Virus record (IMG/VR): IMGVR_UViG_3300031707_000001
Location: 146,733-210,732 of that record
DNA: 64,000 nt
Reading direction: 5' to 3' (one strand)
The notes below the pieces were generated by a model. It saw only the letters and a list, made by a program, of their open reading frames with translations. It was not told where the DNA came from and did no database searches. A program made the translations under genes and the position numbers. Position 1 is the first letter of the stretch; each line of letters begins with the position of its first letter. Positions 18,048-29,146 of this stretch are shown here, in pieces.

Positions 18048-20336
18048 ATGAAGAAACTGATTCATGTGTTTTTCGGTTTGTTGTTGGCGGTACTGCCTCT
18101 TGCAGCCCAAGAGATTGATAACGGAGCGCCGGTATACGTCGTTGAGATTATCAATGGCGTTCCGTATTTATCTGGCGCCGGCGGAGGTGGAGGCACCCCG
18201 GTCGATCTTACACCATATCTAAAGAAAGACGGTACAATCGCTTATACGGCCGATCAGAACGGCGGCGGATTTGGAATTACCAATCTTGGGGCATTGATAC
18301 CGTTTGGAAGCAATACTGTAAACTTGGGATCGCTGCTACATCCATGGGGAAGCATATATGCAAGCGGGCATACCATCTATTTGGACGGCATTCCAATGCT
18401 TTCGGTATCGAACAGTCAATTAGTTGTAGCATATCCAGTAGCCTCCAGCAATGGAACAACCTACACGACAACAGTTGATCTTAGTGGTTTGTCCAATCAA
18501 GTTGCAGCCATAGAGGCTCGTACTAACGCCTGGAATACTGGATCCGCTGAAGGCAACTATGCTTCGAACTGGATCGGTACGTATGGACCAGTTTTGGCCA
18601 GCACAAGTTATGTTGATAATGCTGTGTCCGGATATGCGCCCACCTCATCGATCAATGGAGTCTCTGGGCGTGTTTCTGCAATCGAAAGCAAAACCAATGA
18701 CTGGAATACAGCTTATGGTTGGGGCAACCATGCTGTTGCAGGATACGCCGGTACAGGATCTGTGAACGCCGTTTCGGCGAGAGTTGGTACGATTGAAAGC
18801 AAAACCAATGACTGGAATGCTGTCTATTCCTGGATGCAGTCCAATTCTAATGGTTTGAGTTTTGTATTTTCTCAAACCAACTCGTGGACAGTAGGCGCCT
18901 CAGCGGGTAACTATGCATCCAATTGGATCGCAGTCTGGAGTCCAACTCTTGCCAGTACAAACTTTGTTACTGATCTTTTGACTGGCTATGCTTCGACCTC
19001 AACGGTAAATGCGGTTTCTAGTAGGGTCGGAACCATCGAGGGACAAACTAACGCTTGGAATACAGCTACAGCTTATGTAGCAGCAAAGTCGAATAACTGG
19101 GATACGGCGTATAACCATCTTTCAACCTTGTTTGCTGGATCGGGTACTACTGGCAATGTAACAAGTGCCACTGCCAATACCAACCAATACCTTCGTGGCG
19201 ACGGTACCTGGCAGACTGTTGCAGCCTCAGGGGCTGGCGATGTTTTCAAGGGTAGTAACAATACCTACTCTGCCGGAACAACTCAGTCCATGCCATATGC
19301 GATTATCAATAACGGATTGGAAGTGTATGGGAACACAATTCATACAAATTGTGGAGTTAGTTTGGGCTCTACAGATACAACCAAGGCCAAATTTTATGTC
19401 AATGGCGAGAGCGGAGCATATACAAACAAGCCTCTTGTCTGGTTCAATAGGAGTGCAGCGGCTACAGGCCCTATCTTGCAGTGGGGAACCAATGGTGTCC
19501 TTCTTGGGAGTATTGATGTGAATGGAAGCGTCTCTGTTCCATCAATAGGTATCTCAAACAATCTTACACTCGGTGGGGTTACAGTGAGTTCCTTCTCGAC
19601 GAACACTCCGATCTTTGCGGATGGCTCCCAGCCATTCAACGCCACTATGAATGCTGGAACTTTCGGAGTAACGAATCTTGGCACATTGCTTCCATTTGGC
19701 AGTAATACCTGTGATCTTGGAAGTGCCGCTCTTCCGTGGAGAAATGCGTATTACGTTTCGCATACGATCTATATGGGCGGGTGGCCTATTTCTGTTGACG
19801 ATGGCACCGGAAAACTCCTTGTACCGGGAGTTCAGTATTCTGCTCCACAATACACTATAAAGTCTGTGGCCGCTTCTGATATGATGCTTCGTGGTGCCGC
19901 TACTGATCCTGCATGGGATGGGCTCAAGGTTCGTATGACCTTCTCTGGGACGAATCTGAACGGGGTGAGTTTCATTTGCGATCTTCCGCAGTACAGTCCC
20001 GAAACCGATATAGTTCCGTTGATCTTGTGGGAAGGAAATGATGTGAATGTTTCCAATGTAATCTGGCAGATGGATTACATCTGGCGCAATATAGGTGATA
20101 TTTCTACCTATGGAGATTGGACTACGCTTGCTGTGACTAATGTCAATCCTGCTTTGAAATGGCAATCTAAGGTATCCCGTTTTCCGACGGTTTCGGGAGC
20201 AGGGAAGAATAAGAATTCTGTCATTCAAATCAGACTGCAACGCCGTGGTGACTTGGACGATAACAACGATACTGCGAGTCTTCTTTTCTTCGGGCTTAGG
20301 TATGCAATCCAAGCCACAGGTGAGGATGCACAATAA
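18048..20336 (+). CDS. Signal-peptide-bearing tail-fibre/adhesin-like repeat protein
   Basis: Signal peptide; two PFGSNTxxLGSxxxPW fibre motifs; repeated IExxTNxWN and GNYASNW units; YLRGDGTW. Confidence 0.65.
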   Translation: MKKLIHVFFGLLLAVLPLAAQEIDNGAPVYVVEIINGVPYLSGAGGGGGTPVDLTPYLKKDGTIAYTADQNGGGFGITNLGALIPFGSNTVNLGSLLHPWGSIYASGHTIYLDGIPMLSVSNSQLVVAYPVASSNGTTYTTTVDLSGLSNQVAAIEARTNAWNTGSAEGNYASNWIGTYGPVLASTSYVDNAVSGYAPTSSINGVSGRVSAIESKTNDWNTAYGWGNHAVAGYAGTGSVNAVSARVGTIESKTNDWNAVYSWMQSNSNGLSFVFSQTNSWTVGASAGNYASNWIAVWSPTLASTNFVTDLLTGYASTSTVNAVSSRVGTIEGQTNAWNTATAYVAAKSNNWDTAYNHLSTLFAGSGTTGNVTSATANTNQYLRGDGTWQTVAASGAGDVFKGSNNTYSAGTTQSMPYAIINNGLEVYGNTIHTNCGVSLGSTDTTKAKFYVNGESGAYTNKPLVWFNRSAAATGPILQWGTNGVLLGSIDVNGSVSVPSIGISNNLTLGGVTVSSFSTNTPIFADGSQPFNATMNAGTFGVTNLGTLLPFGSNTCDLGSAALPWRNAYYVSHTIYMGGWPISVDDGTGKLLVPGVQYSAPQYTIKSVAASDMMLRGAATDPAWDGLKVRMTFSGTNLNGVSFICDLPQYSPETDIVPLILWEGNDVNVSNVIWQMDYIWRNIGDISTYGDWTTLAVTNVNPALKWQSKVSRFPTVSGAGKNKNSVIQIRLQRRGDLDDNNDTASLLFFGLRYAIQATGEDAQ

Positions 20337-23300
20337 TGAGATTTCTAACTTCTGTTGTGATGCTCCTTGGGCTATCCCTGTGTGCGTCAGCGGTTGATTA
20401 CACATGGGACGGTGGCAATACTGCTGGTTATCAGTGGACCGCTCCTACCAACTGGAATCTGGACGCTGGTGCTCCCACTACTACGGCAGACAGGGCAATT
20501 TTTAACACTACAGGAACCACTAAGAATCCTACCGTTGATGTAAATATTGCTTTGGATGAATTTGTAGTTGGTGGAACTACGGGTTGGACGTGGTATCGGA
20601 TAGGTGATATTACAAGTTTGGATATGCTTACCTACGGAAGCAGTGGAAGTTCCACAATGAATCCCGCTATCACCGGGAAACGTCTTCTTGTAACTAACGG
20701 TATTCTCACTTTGAATGCTTCCAACAACTTTTCTGATACCGTTACGTTTCTGGCTGGTTCTGTTGTATTAGGTACATCAGGTCAGATTGGAACAAATACT
20801 CCAATTCATATGGACGGATTTAGTGTATTGACGCTGAATTCTAGTAATAACTGGTATTCTTCTCAAACTACTACAGTAGATTCTGTCATTGGCGGAACGG
20901 GCACGATAGAGTTGAAGTATAATGGAGCACCCATTCCTGTCTCAACAAATTCGTCTGGTGTTGTATCTGTTAATCAGGTCTCGTATAGCTATCCTCTTGA
21001 TCTTGCATCAATTGGTATGATGTATCTCGGTTCCACAAATTTAGGAACCAATACTGCAACCAGTCTTGGAGTGGGTTCCGATGGAAACTATAGGATAGGC
21101 GCAGGTGGTGGAACAATAGCATTTGATTCTGCGGGTAGTGATCTAGGCGTGTTTACAGGAGCATGTAATCTTGTTGTTGGAAGAAACGGTGGTGGAGTTA
21201 AGTATACAGGAACAGCCGTGCTGTCCGATTCCAATACCTTCTCTGGAACGATAATTGTCAATCGGGGAAGCACTCTAACAGGGTTGGCAATGACCAACAA
21301 TAGTGGAGGTAGTCCCTTTGGAGCCACTAATGGAGTAGTCACGCTCAATTCGGGGGTTCTTAAATTGTCTCGTGGGTCGGCTACTACTATCAGACAACCT
21401 GTTGTTAAAGGAGCCATGAATCTTACTGGAGGTTCTACTGTTTATCTGGATGGAAATCATGCCACGGCAAATGTTCAGATCACTTTCGATTCAATTACGA
21501 AAGACCCCATATATGATTCTGCTCTGACAATTCAATATGTCAGTGCTCTTGGAACAAAGGAGAGATTTTTTGTCAATACTGGGGATTCGTATATCACAAA
21601 CGATGCTCAGGGCATGATAAACGCTATGTATGTTGGGCTACAGGGAACTACCCTTTATTATCCTCTTACCAGAAGTGGAGCATCTTCTCCTTACGAACTA
21701 TTGACAACAAACTATACTTATACGACAGGGGCCGCTAGTCCATTCTCTAATTCTATACCTACAAGTATTGTTTTGGTGTCTAATGCTGGAGGTTATAGTC
21801 CAGAACTTATTTACGGCCAAACGATCACGAATTGGGCAACAGCTTTTGCTTGGAATGGTCATTGGAACTCGTCTGCTGGTTCAACTATAGTAATTCAAAG
21901 TGGTTTATTGATATACGAATATTCAGGTGGTCCTAGCTTCCGGTCCAACTTGGATTTTTCACTTGCATCTCAGGGTAGAATAGTTACGATGTCTGGTGGA
22001 ACCCTTAATGCACTTGGGAATATTACTTCTCCATATCTTGTAAAATCAGGACCGGGAGGACTTAGTCTGGGTTCGGCAGCTCCGGGACATACGGGGATCA
22101 ATGGAAAGCTATTAGTTTCTGAAGGTCTTGTGGAATTTGATCAGATTGGAGGAGCCGATTTCTTTTCAAACATACCTAATGCAACCAATCTAATTTTAAC
22201 CGGCGGAAGTATAGCTTGTACTGCGGGAAGATGTAGTTTCCAAACAAACATTACTGTCATAATAGGTCCAACCGGAGGAACTATCACATCTGGTGACTAT
22301 ATGTCATTTTATGGAAAGGTTACTGGTCCCGGTTTGATGTGTTGGAATGGACTTGCCGGTAAAGAGTTAAGATTTAGGGGTGTGGGTAACGATTGGTCTG
22401 GTGGTTTGTATGCTAGTTTAGGGATTGTCACTGTTTATGATGGAAGTAGTTTAGGAAGTGGTCCTATAAGAATGGCTGCTGGAACTACACTTAATGTCAG
22501 AACCAATCTGGATATTTCTTCTCTTCGAGGCAGGGGTGCTGTAGTGATTGGAAATGATGTGGCTACTGGAACTAAATATCTGACCGTCGGAAGCGGAAAC
22601 ACGGACGATAACTTTCCGGGTGTCATAAGCGATCAAGCATCTACTAGAAATGGATCGTTGATTAAAACGGGAACAGGGACTATGACATTATGGGGACCGA
22701 ATACCTTTACTGGCGGAACAACAATCAATGGGGGAATTCTGGCTGTTACAGGATTCTCCTTGCATGATACGGGTACGGTAACTGTTGCTGGTGGAACTTT
22801 GAGTATGATTGATAGTGAGACTGTTGGGAATGTAACTTTGAATTCTGGTTCAATTACTGGAAATAGTACATTAACTACTGGAAATTTATATCTCAATCAA
22901 GGGACAGTAGATTCTATTCTCTCTACCGCATCTAACTTCGTGAAGAACACTTCGGGAACTGTTACGCTGAACAAAGCGAATACATTTTCCGGGTCGGCAA
23001 TCATCACAAACGGATTGTTGCTCGTCCAAGGAAGCATTGGTGCAGGCACAACACTTACAAACTATATGGGCACACTTGGCGGGACTGGGACTGTGTATCG
23101 TCATGTTGAAATGATGCCGGGAAGCTATCTTACACCCGGAGCTTCGATTGGAACGATTACTGTTAGCAATTTGAACTTTGAAGTGGGCAGCACTGTGGAC
23201 TTTGAATTGGCGACAACGAATGCAAGTGACTTTGTTCAAGTCAATGGATTGCTGGGGTTGGGTGGCAATATTCGAGTTGTGCCGTCAACGGGATTCGGAT

Positions 23301-23506
23301 ATGGAGTATATCCGCTCTTTGGATATACAACGATCACAACGAATCAAGCACCGAGGATTATCACGCCTGCCGGGTATGCAGGAACTTTGAGCACTGACGA
23401 TTCCGCCAAGAAGGTATATTTGACAATAGGTTCTGACGCTCTTCGACCTGTCAAGTCGGGAACGTCTTTACTTTTGAAATCGGGTAAGATATTGTTGAGT
23501 AAGTAG
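20336..23506 (+). CDS. Autotransporter-associated beta-strand (PATR) repeat protein, no beta-barrel
   Basis: Signal peptide; YTWDGG...WTAPTNW; LIKTGTGTMTLWGPNTFTGGTTINGG; VKNTSGTVTLNKANTFSG; TLGGTG. Confidence 0.85.
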   Translation: MRFLTSVVMLLGLSLCASAVDYTWDGGNTAGYQWTAPTNWNLDAGAPTTTADRAIFNTTGTTKNPTVDVNIALDEFVVGGTTGWTWYRIGDITSLDMLTYGSSGSSTMNPAITGKRLLVTNGILTLNASNNFSDTVTFLAGSVVLGTSGQIGTNTPIHMDGFSVLTLNSSNNWYSSQTTTVDSVIGGTGTIELKYNGAPIPVSTNSSGVVSVNQVSYSYPLDLASIGMMYLGSTNLGTNTATSLGVGSDGNYRIGAGGGTIAFDSAGSDLGVFTGACNLVVGRNGGGVKYTGTAVLSDSNTFSGTIIVNRGSTLTGLAMTNNSGGSPFGATNGVVTLNSGVLKLSRGSATTIRQPVVKGAMNLTGGSTVYLDGNHATANVQITFDSITKDPIYDSALTIQYVSALGTKERFFVNTGDSYITNDAQGMINAMYVGLQGTTLYYPLTRSGASSPYELLTTNYTYTTGAASPFSNSIPTSIVLVSNAGGYSPELIYGQTITNWATAFAWNGHWNSSAGSTIVIQSGLLIYEYSGGPSFRSNLDFSLASQGRIVTMSGGTLNALGNITSPYLVKSGPGGLSLGSAAPGHTGINGKLLVSEGLVEFDQIGGADFFSNIPNATNLILTGGSIACTAGRCSFQTNITVIIGPTGGTITSGDYMSFYGKVTGPGLMCWNGLAGKELRFRGVGNDWSGGLYASLGIVTVYDGSSLGSGPIRMAAGTTLNVRTNLDISSLRGRGAVVIGNDVATGTKYLTVGSGNTDDNFPGVISDQASTRNGSLIKTGTGTMTLWGPNTFTGGTTINGGILAVTGFSLHDTGTVTVAGGTLSMIDSETVGNVTLNSGSITGNSTLTTGNLYLNQGTVDSILSTASNFVKNTSGTVTLNKANTFSGSAIITNGLLLVQGSIGAGTTLTNYMGTLGGTGTVYRHVEMMPGSYLTPGASIGTITVSNLNFEVGSTVDFELATTNASDFVQVNGLLGLGGNIRVVPSTGFGYGVYPLFGYTTITTNQAPRIITPAGYAGTLSTDDSAKKVYLTIGSDALRPVKSGTSLLLKSGKILLSK

Positions 23507-23521
23507 TGAAAGGATAAAGCA

Positions 23522-23680
23522 ATGAGAATTCTGTCTGTTCTGCTCGTAATTGTAATGGGTGCCTTTCTGATGGGTTGTGCTGGAACTAAATCGGCCGATA
23601 GTAAAGCGGGCCCGAAGAGTCCGGCAAAGATGATGGTAAAAGATACACGTCCTCGTCCGCTTCCGGCCGGCATAAAGTAA
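23522..23680 (+). CDS. Small lipoprotein, 52 aa (not in ORF track)
   Basis: MRILSVLLVIVMGAFLMGC lipobox, then a basic Pro-rich tail; AAGGA RBS. Confidence 0.7.
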   Translation: MRILSVLLVIVMGAFLMGCAGTKSADSKAGPKSPAKMMVKDTRPRPLPAGIK

Positions 23681-23686
23681 CATCGA

Positions 23687-24994
23687 ATGGGGGTTCTTAT
23701 GTGGAAATGGTTGCAGAATCTTATTGATCAGATTTCCAAATGGATCAAGCCGAAGCCCACACCAACACCTCCGGCGCCAGACAACCCTTCGCAACTCAGA
23801 GGTTACGGTATGGTTTGTCATTGGATGACGCTACCTGATTTTATAGCCTTCGCAAAGGCCATAAAGGATAGTGGTTGCAACTGTACCTCCATAGAACTGT
23901 TCGGCAGGGAAGAGGATAGTTGGATCAACCGCCAGGACTTCTTGAAACAGCAACTGTCTAATCTCCTTACTGCGTGTCGAGCCAACGGCATAACGCTATT
24001 CGTCAATATGGTAAACTGGGGTAGTGGTAGTTTGACAAGCCAACCTGATACGTGGTTTCAAGGATGGTTGGATTTCATCAAGCAATTGGGGCCCGACAAA
24101 TTGATTGTCCAGGCTGCCGCAGAGTGGCATGATGGCAAGGCTGCTGCGTGGTGTCAAATGGCTGAGTCGACCTTGTCCGGCTTTAAGCTGTCCTGGAATC
24201 AAGGATCCAGGCCTTCTACAGCTTCTGCCAAGTACGCTTACATCGACTATCATTCAGCTTCCATAGGTGATTACGGAGTGTCGAATAAACGCATAATCTG
24301 CAACACCGATAGTGGAATACTTACCGAGATGGAGAATGGTGGCATAATGGGGCAGACGTTTATACCTGAGAAAGTCACACAATTTGCGACTGGCGCTCTG
24401 GCCCAGGGCAAGTCTGTCAACTTGTACGGGTACAATCATAAGAGCCTTGATGTCGAAGCAGTAAAGACTTTGGGAAAAGTTGGAAATCCTAATCCAACGC
24501 CAACTCCGACCCCGAGTCCGGACGGATTTGTCTTTGGACAGAATTGCATTTGGCTGGGAGACATACCTTGCTCTAAAGACGCACAAGTAGCGCCCAATGC
24601 GAAGATACTAACTGCAAATGCTTCAAATACGAGCTATGTCAATCTTACATACGCTTCCGAGGCTAGTCAGCAGTGGTGGAAGCCTTACGACCAGTTTTGC
24701 TACGGACCACACGGGGCTCAATACAAAGCAGCCGACGGTAATTGGTACGCCGGTCGTGCTGATTGGTTTCCTATACAGTTGAGAAACAAGATTGAGATAG
24801 GGAACTATTGGAAGAGTGATACGCCATTTAAGGATCATCCCCCTGTAGTCGGCAATCCTTTCTACTTCTTTGTGTATTCGTCCGACGGGAAAAATCGATC
24901 TACAGCCATACAAGTTGTATGGAAACTGGGATTCTTCCGCTCCATATGGCGGAGATTGAAGACAACGAATAAGAAGATGCGAGGTATTAAATGA
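23687..24994 (+). CDS. Two-domain protein with PT linkers; possible glycoside-hydrolase-like barrel
   Basis: PKPTPTPP and PNPTPTPTPSP linkers; alternating alpha/beta N-domain (ACRANGITLFVNM). Confidence 0.4.
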   Translation: MGVLMWKWLQNLIDQISKWIKPKPTPTPPAPDNPSQLRGYGMVCHWMTLPDFIAFAKAIKDSGCNCTSIELFGREEDSWINRQDFLKQQLSNLLTACRANGITLFVNMVNWGSGSLTSQPDTWFQGWLDFIKQLGPDKLIVQAAAEWHDGKAAAWCQMAESTLSGFKLSWNQGSRPSTASAKYAYIDYHSASIGDYGVSNKRIICNTDSGILTEMENGGIMGQTFIPEKVTQFATGALAQGKSVNLYGYNHKSLDVEAVKTLGKVGNPNPTPTPTPSPDGFVFGQNCIWLGDIPCSKDAQVAPNAKILTANASNTSYVNLTYASEASQQWWKPYDQFCYGPHGAQYKAADGNWYAGRADWFPIQLRNKIEIGNYWKSDTPFKDHPPVVGNPFYFFVYSSDGKNRSTAIQVVWKLGFFRSIWRRLKTTNKKMRGIK

Positions 24995-27900
24995 CTTGGA
25001 AAAGGCTTATCGGATTTTTGGCAGGTGTAGCGGTTGCTTCTGTGGCTTTTGCCCAGAGTCAAAATAACGTGTTGTCACAACTGGGCGTAAAAGGCGTTAC
25101 CGATCAGATCTATGGTACGAATCCAGCGCTCTATGCCGGCTATTTGGTTAAGACTGGAACGAACGGGCTATTCAGTACATCGATGATGTCTACGGATATT
25201 GTGCCACGGCGTTGGTTTGAGACAGTTTTTCTGGATAGCGTAAATGGGTTGAATGCAACCAATTCCGGAACTGCGACCTGTCCGTACAAGACCTTCGCCT
25301 ACGCCGCTGCTCGAACGACAAACGATACCGCTTTCGTATTCGCTCCCGGGACTTATGCGGGGGATACGATTACGAACTCGCATGTACACCACGTAGCGTT
25401 GATCGGCTTGGATCCTACCAATACAACCATGACTGGTATATTGAACTTCAACGCCAATCTTATGGCCGGTACCCAGGACATTTCGGTGGATCTGTATGGT
25501 ATCAACGTTGATACTGTGCGTCAGTATCAATATGGGTTGTTCAATGTTGGTCTCTACAATAGAGCAAAGGTAACAAGTCAGATTACAAGACTTTCTACCA
25601 ATCTCAATAGCTCGTTGACACTTTTCATGGATCCTTCAACTTATTTGGCATCACCGATCACTACGAGCAACGCAACGATAGTTATCAAGGCTTATGTGCC
25701 ACAAGGAACAGCCGCAGGACAATTGACGTGTTGGGACGGCGCTAATTGGGCAATCGTAGCTGCTGGCACAACGAATCAAGTCCTCTATGGGGGTACTGTT
25801 CCGTTTTGGGGAAGTGCGTCGATCGTATACACGAATACAGCTATACCTGGAGACTTTACGCCTGCTATCAGCAATAGATATAGCATAGGTTCTCAAACTA
25901 TGCCCTGGAGCAACGGTTGGTTTGCTACAGGTTTGTATGTGGGCGGGTCGAACGTGTTGAACAGCATTTACGTGGGTAATTACGCATCCAACTGGATTTC
26001 GGTATATGGGTCTGCTCTTGCTTCTACGAATTATGTGAATGCGAGTATCTCCAACATAACGCTTGCTACAGTTGTGGCCAACGGAAGCAATGCTTTTTCT
26101 TCCGTGGTGGTAGATGGAATACGAACTCCAGATGATGCGCCATATGTAGCTCTTGCTGTAGGCGTTACCAATCGAACGCTTAATTATCAAGGAACAGAAG
26201 TTGTTAACTGGAGTTTAGGCGGCGTTAATAACGGTTGGCTAATGAAACGTCCTCTTCGTAGTGATTCCGACGGCGCCCCGAGTTTCGATCCAAACGAACG
26301 GGCTTTGATGGGGGCCTGGATCGCAAGTAACAATTTAACCGTGTGTGATTCACTATTTGTCAGCAACAACATATCTGAGGCAGGCACTAACCTGGTATTG
26401 AAATATGCGTCTGTTCTTGAACCATTAGCCGTTGCAGCCAGTAACCACGCCTTTTATGCTTCTGAAGCCGGGCATTCCACAAATGCGGACAACGCAATGC
26501 AACTCAATTCTATCGGTGCGTCGGCATTTGCTCGGAGAGATACTACCAATACTTTCACTCAGCCACAGACTATCAGCATTAATAGCGCTGCAACTATAGT
26601 ATCAGACGCAACTAACTCCAACTCCAGCGGAGGAGCTTTATACCACATTGCCGGGGATACTGGAGAATATCTGCAACTCGGTGTATTTGGTTCGGCGTTT
26701 GCACTTCCAGGTGTTCGCCAACAGGGCTTTATCGGCTGTTCCACAAACATAATCATCGGGCTGGATATGGATGTAGCATCTGGTGGAACGAGCGTATTTG
26801 ATGTCTATACGGGAGGCTATCTTGCGGTTACTCCAACGCTTCGTGTTTCCGGAACCAACATCATGGAAAACGGGGTAGCATTGGGCAACAAATATGCGCC
26901 TAAAAATATAGAAACGTTGCAAACTGTGACAACGAGAGGGAACACTTCCGATCAGGATTTGGCTCTGAGTGGATCCAAAATTATCGTGGGTGGGTTGATA
27001 GGAGGTCCGGGAGGACAAACAACTTGGGGATTAGGTGCGTGGGGTGCAGATTTTGGAGTTCTAAATCCTTACGGAATTCAAAATCTTGATGCCAAAGCAA
27101 CGTGGAATTTTGGATATTGCAACGGCTTTCCACCTAACATCTACGCCGCTCAAACTAACCAAGGTTACGGATCGCTAAATCTAGGCTATATCAATTGTGC
27201 TGTATCTTCGGCTGCTCAGCTAATGACTGGTCGTGGTTCCTTGAACGTAGGTAACCTGGCCAACGGTGAATATCAAAATACAAGCGGCAACGGAGCGTTA
27301 AACGTCGGCGCCAACAACACGTTGACACACGACTATTCTGCTGTCTTCGGCAATGGCCAAGTCTCGTATGAGACCAATTCAGTATCTGCTCGCAAGTATT
27401 ACGAAGCTGGAGCCGCCCTGTCCAACAGGTATGCTGGAATTGCTATTGAAGGATGGACCAACAATTGGAATATAGGAGCAGCAGAAGGCAACTATGCTTC
27501 TAATTGGGTCTATACTTGGGGCCCTGCTTTGGCCACTACGAATTATGTGAATGCTAGTATCTCCAACGTGACTCTTGCTACAGTTGTGGCAGCGGGAAGT
27601 AATGCTTCTGCAGTAATCACCGCATATGGCGTGCGAAATGAAAATGAATCTCCTATGCTGGTCCCATCAGTTTGCGTAAGTAATCGGACGTTAAACGTTG
27701 GCGGTGTTCCATATCTAAAATGGGACAGTAGTTGGTTATACTTTCTCCAGCCCATACGAAGCAACGCAGATGGCGGAGAGAGCATGGAAGCTAACGATCG
27801 TGTCTTGTGGGGCAACTGGGTTGCAACAAACGATTTCGCAGTAGCCGGCACGATTACCGAGGGATCACAAACACTGAGTCAGAAGTATGACTCCAAAATA

Positions 27901-28227
27901 CGCCCAGTGGAAGTAAAGACTGACAACTACAACGTGCTTACGAATGATGTCGCAAAAACGTTTGTAATGAATACGGCTTCAAAGACCAATTTCCTGCCAT
28001 CAGTAGATGCTTCTAATGTGGGTATTTGGTATACCTTCGTGAAGCATAATACCGGCACGTTGACGATAAAGGCGGCAGGTATCACTCAGATAGCCGACAG
28101 CGGACAGGGTGATACGATTTATGATTCTCAGGCTGCCGAAGTCTATGCCACAGTAACGCTCCAACTTGTCACCAGCACGAACTGGGTAATAACAGGTGCC
28201 CACGGAACTTGGACAACCACGGACTAA
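24991..28227 (+). CDS. Signal-peptide-bearing fibre/adhesin-like mosaic protein
   Basis: Signal peptide ending AFA; FLDSVNG..SGTATCPYKTF beta-helix cap; duplicated GNYASNW...TLATVV module; fibre-like C-terminal domain. Confidence 0.65.
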   Translation: MTWKRLIGFLAGVAVASVAFAQSQNNVLSQLGVKGVTDQIYGTNPALYAGYLVKTGTNGLFSTSMMSTDIVPRRWFETVFLDSVNGLNATNSGTATCPYKTFAYAAARTTNDTAFVFAPGTYAGDTITNSHVHHVALIGLDPTNTTMTGILNFNANLMAGTQDISVDLYGINVDTVRQYQYGLFNVGLYNRAKVTSQITRLSTNLNSSLTLFMDPSTYLASPITTSNATIVIKAYVPQGTAAGQLTCWDGANWAIVAAGTTNQVLYGGTVPFWGSASIVYTNTAIPGDFTPAISNRYSIGSQTMPWSNGWFATGLYVGGSNVLNSIYVGNYASNWISVYGSALASTNYVNASISNITLATVVANGSNAFSSVVVDGIRTPDDAPYVALAVGVTNRTLNYQGTEVVNWSLGGVNNGWLMKRPLRSDSDGAPSFDPNERALMGAWIASNNLTVCDSLFVSNNISEAGTNLVLKYASVLEPLAVAASNHAFYASEAGHSTNADNAMQLNSIGASAFARRDTTNTFTQPQTISINSAATIVSDATNSNSSGGALYHIAGDTGEYLQLGVFGSAFALPGVRQQGFIGCSTNIIIGLDMDVASGGTSVFDVYTGGYLAVTPTLRVSGTNIMENGVALGNKYAPKNIETLQTVTTRGNTSDQDLALSGSKIIVGGLIGGPGGQTTWGLGAWGADFGVLNPYGIQNLDAKATWNFGYCNGFPPNIYAAQTNQGYGSLNLGYINCAVSSAAQLMTGRGSLNVGNLANGEYQNTSGNGALNVGANNTLTHDYSAVFGNGQVSYETNSVSARKYYEAGAALSNRYAGIAIEGWTNNWNIGAAEGNYASNWVYTWGPALATTNYVNASISNVTLATVVAAGSNASAVITAYGVRNENESPMLVPSVCVSNRTLNVGGVPYLKWDSSWLYFLQPIRSNADGGESMEANDRVLWGNWVATNDFAVAGTITEGSQTLSQKYDSKIRPVEVKTDNYNVLTNDVAKTFVMNTASKTNFLPSVDASNVGIWYTFVKHNTGTLTIKAAGITQIADSGQGDTIYDSQAAEVYATVTLQLVTSTNWVITGAHGTWTTTD

Positions 28228-28237
28228 GGAGACTACG

Positions 28238-29128
28238 ATGCCAGACGTATCAGTAAACAGATTTGGAGCGGCAAAGGGACTCATAATGTCGGACGTTACA
28301 CAGACCAATGTTAACTTGAGTTCTTTGTTAAGCTGGATTTCTCAGAACAATAATATAGACCTAAGAGATTTCAAAGCAGCTACTAATGTAGTTTTAGGGA
28401 CTTTGCCAAATAAAATACGTGGTATAGATATAAGTGGTCTACCTTCTTTGACTAGCTTATCTATAACTTCTTCGGATTCTAATTCCCGACCTTACCTTCG
28501 GATAAGAGATTGCATTTCGTTATCTTCTTTTGGTAGTGGTAGTGCAGGATATTTTCGTAGCGTGGATGCTAGTGGTTGTACATCACTTACCACTCTAACG
28601 GCAGTTATTAAATGGCAGGCGGGCGATCCTTATCCTATAGCATTTGCTGGATGTAATGCTCTTACTAATTTGGACTTTTATGGTGGAGTAGGGGCTTCTG
28701 ATTTTGGAGCAATTACTATGGACTTCAGTGCTCTTCCTGCTTTGAGATATATTAACTCAAGAACTGCTACTGGCCTTGTGGGGTTTATTGCGCCACCTTG
28801 TTCTTCCAATGCGTACTTCAGTTTTTACAACTGCACAAGTTTACTTACTGCTGATCTTTCTTTGGCTACAGATTTGACCAATGTAAGTTTTCAACAGTGT
28901 TCTGCGTTGACTACTATAACAATTTCTCCGAGCATTACAGCAATTACTTTGGATGCTGCGTTGTGTTATCTTTCTGAAGCCTGTGTGAATGACCTTGTAG
29001 CCAAGGGTGTAGCCTCTGGATTGAGTAGTCAAACTTTGCATATAGGGGGAGGAAATAACCACGCACTAACTGGTCAGGGTATTACGGATAAGGCTACTTT
29101 GCAGGGAAGAGGTTGGACAGTTAATTGA
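28238..29128 (+). CDS. Leucine-rich repeat protein
   Basis: Repeats SGCTSLTTL, GCNALTNLD, NCTSLLTADLS, QCSALTTI; GGAG RBS. Confidence 0.8.
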   Translation: MPDVSVNRFGAAKGLIMSDVTQTNVNLSSLLSWISQNNNIDLRDFKAATNVVLGTLPNKIRGIDISGLPSLTSLSITSSDSNSRPYLRIRDCISLSSFGSGSAGYFRSVDASGCTSLTTLTAVIKWQAGDPYPIAFAGCNALTNLDFYGGVGASDFGAITMDFSALPALRYINSRTATGLVGFIAPPCSSNAYFSFYNCTSLLTADLSLATDLTNVSFQQCSALTTITISPSITAITLDAALCYLSEACVNDLVAKGVASGLSSQTLHIGGGNNHALTGQGITDKATLQGRGWTVN

Positions 29129-29146
29129 CAAGTTAAAGGAAAACGA

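Noticed and set aside
19554-20405. Long antisense ORFs (also 33709-34458, 41183-41749, 3701-4213)
   Set aside because: They are shadows of well-supported plus-strand genes and have no recognisable motifs.
23522-24994. Lysis cassette (spanin plus endolysin)
   Set aside because: No recognisable muralytic motif, holin or i-spanin; the lipoprotein alone is insufficient.
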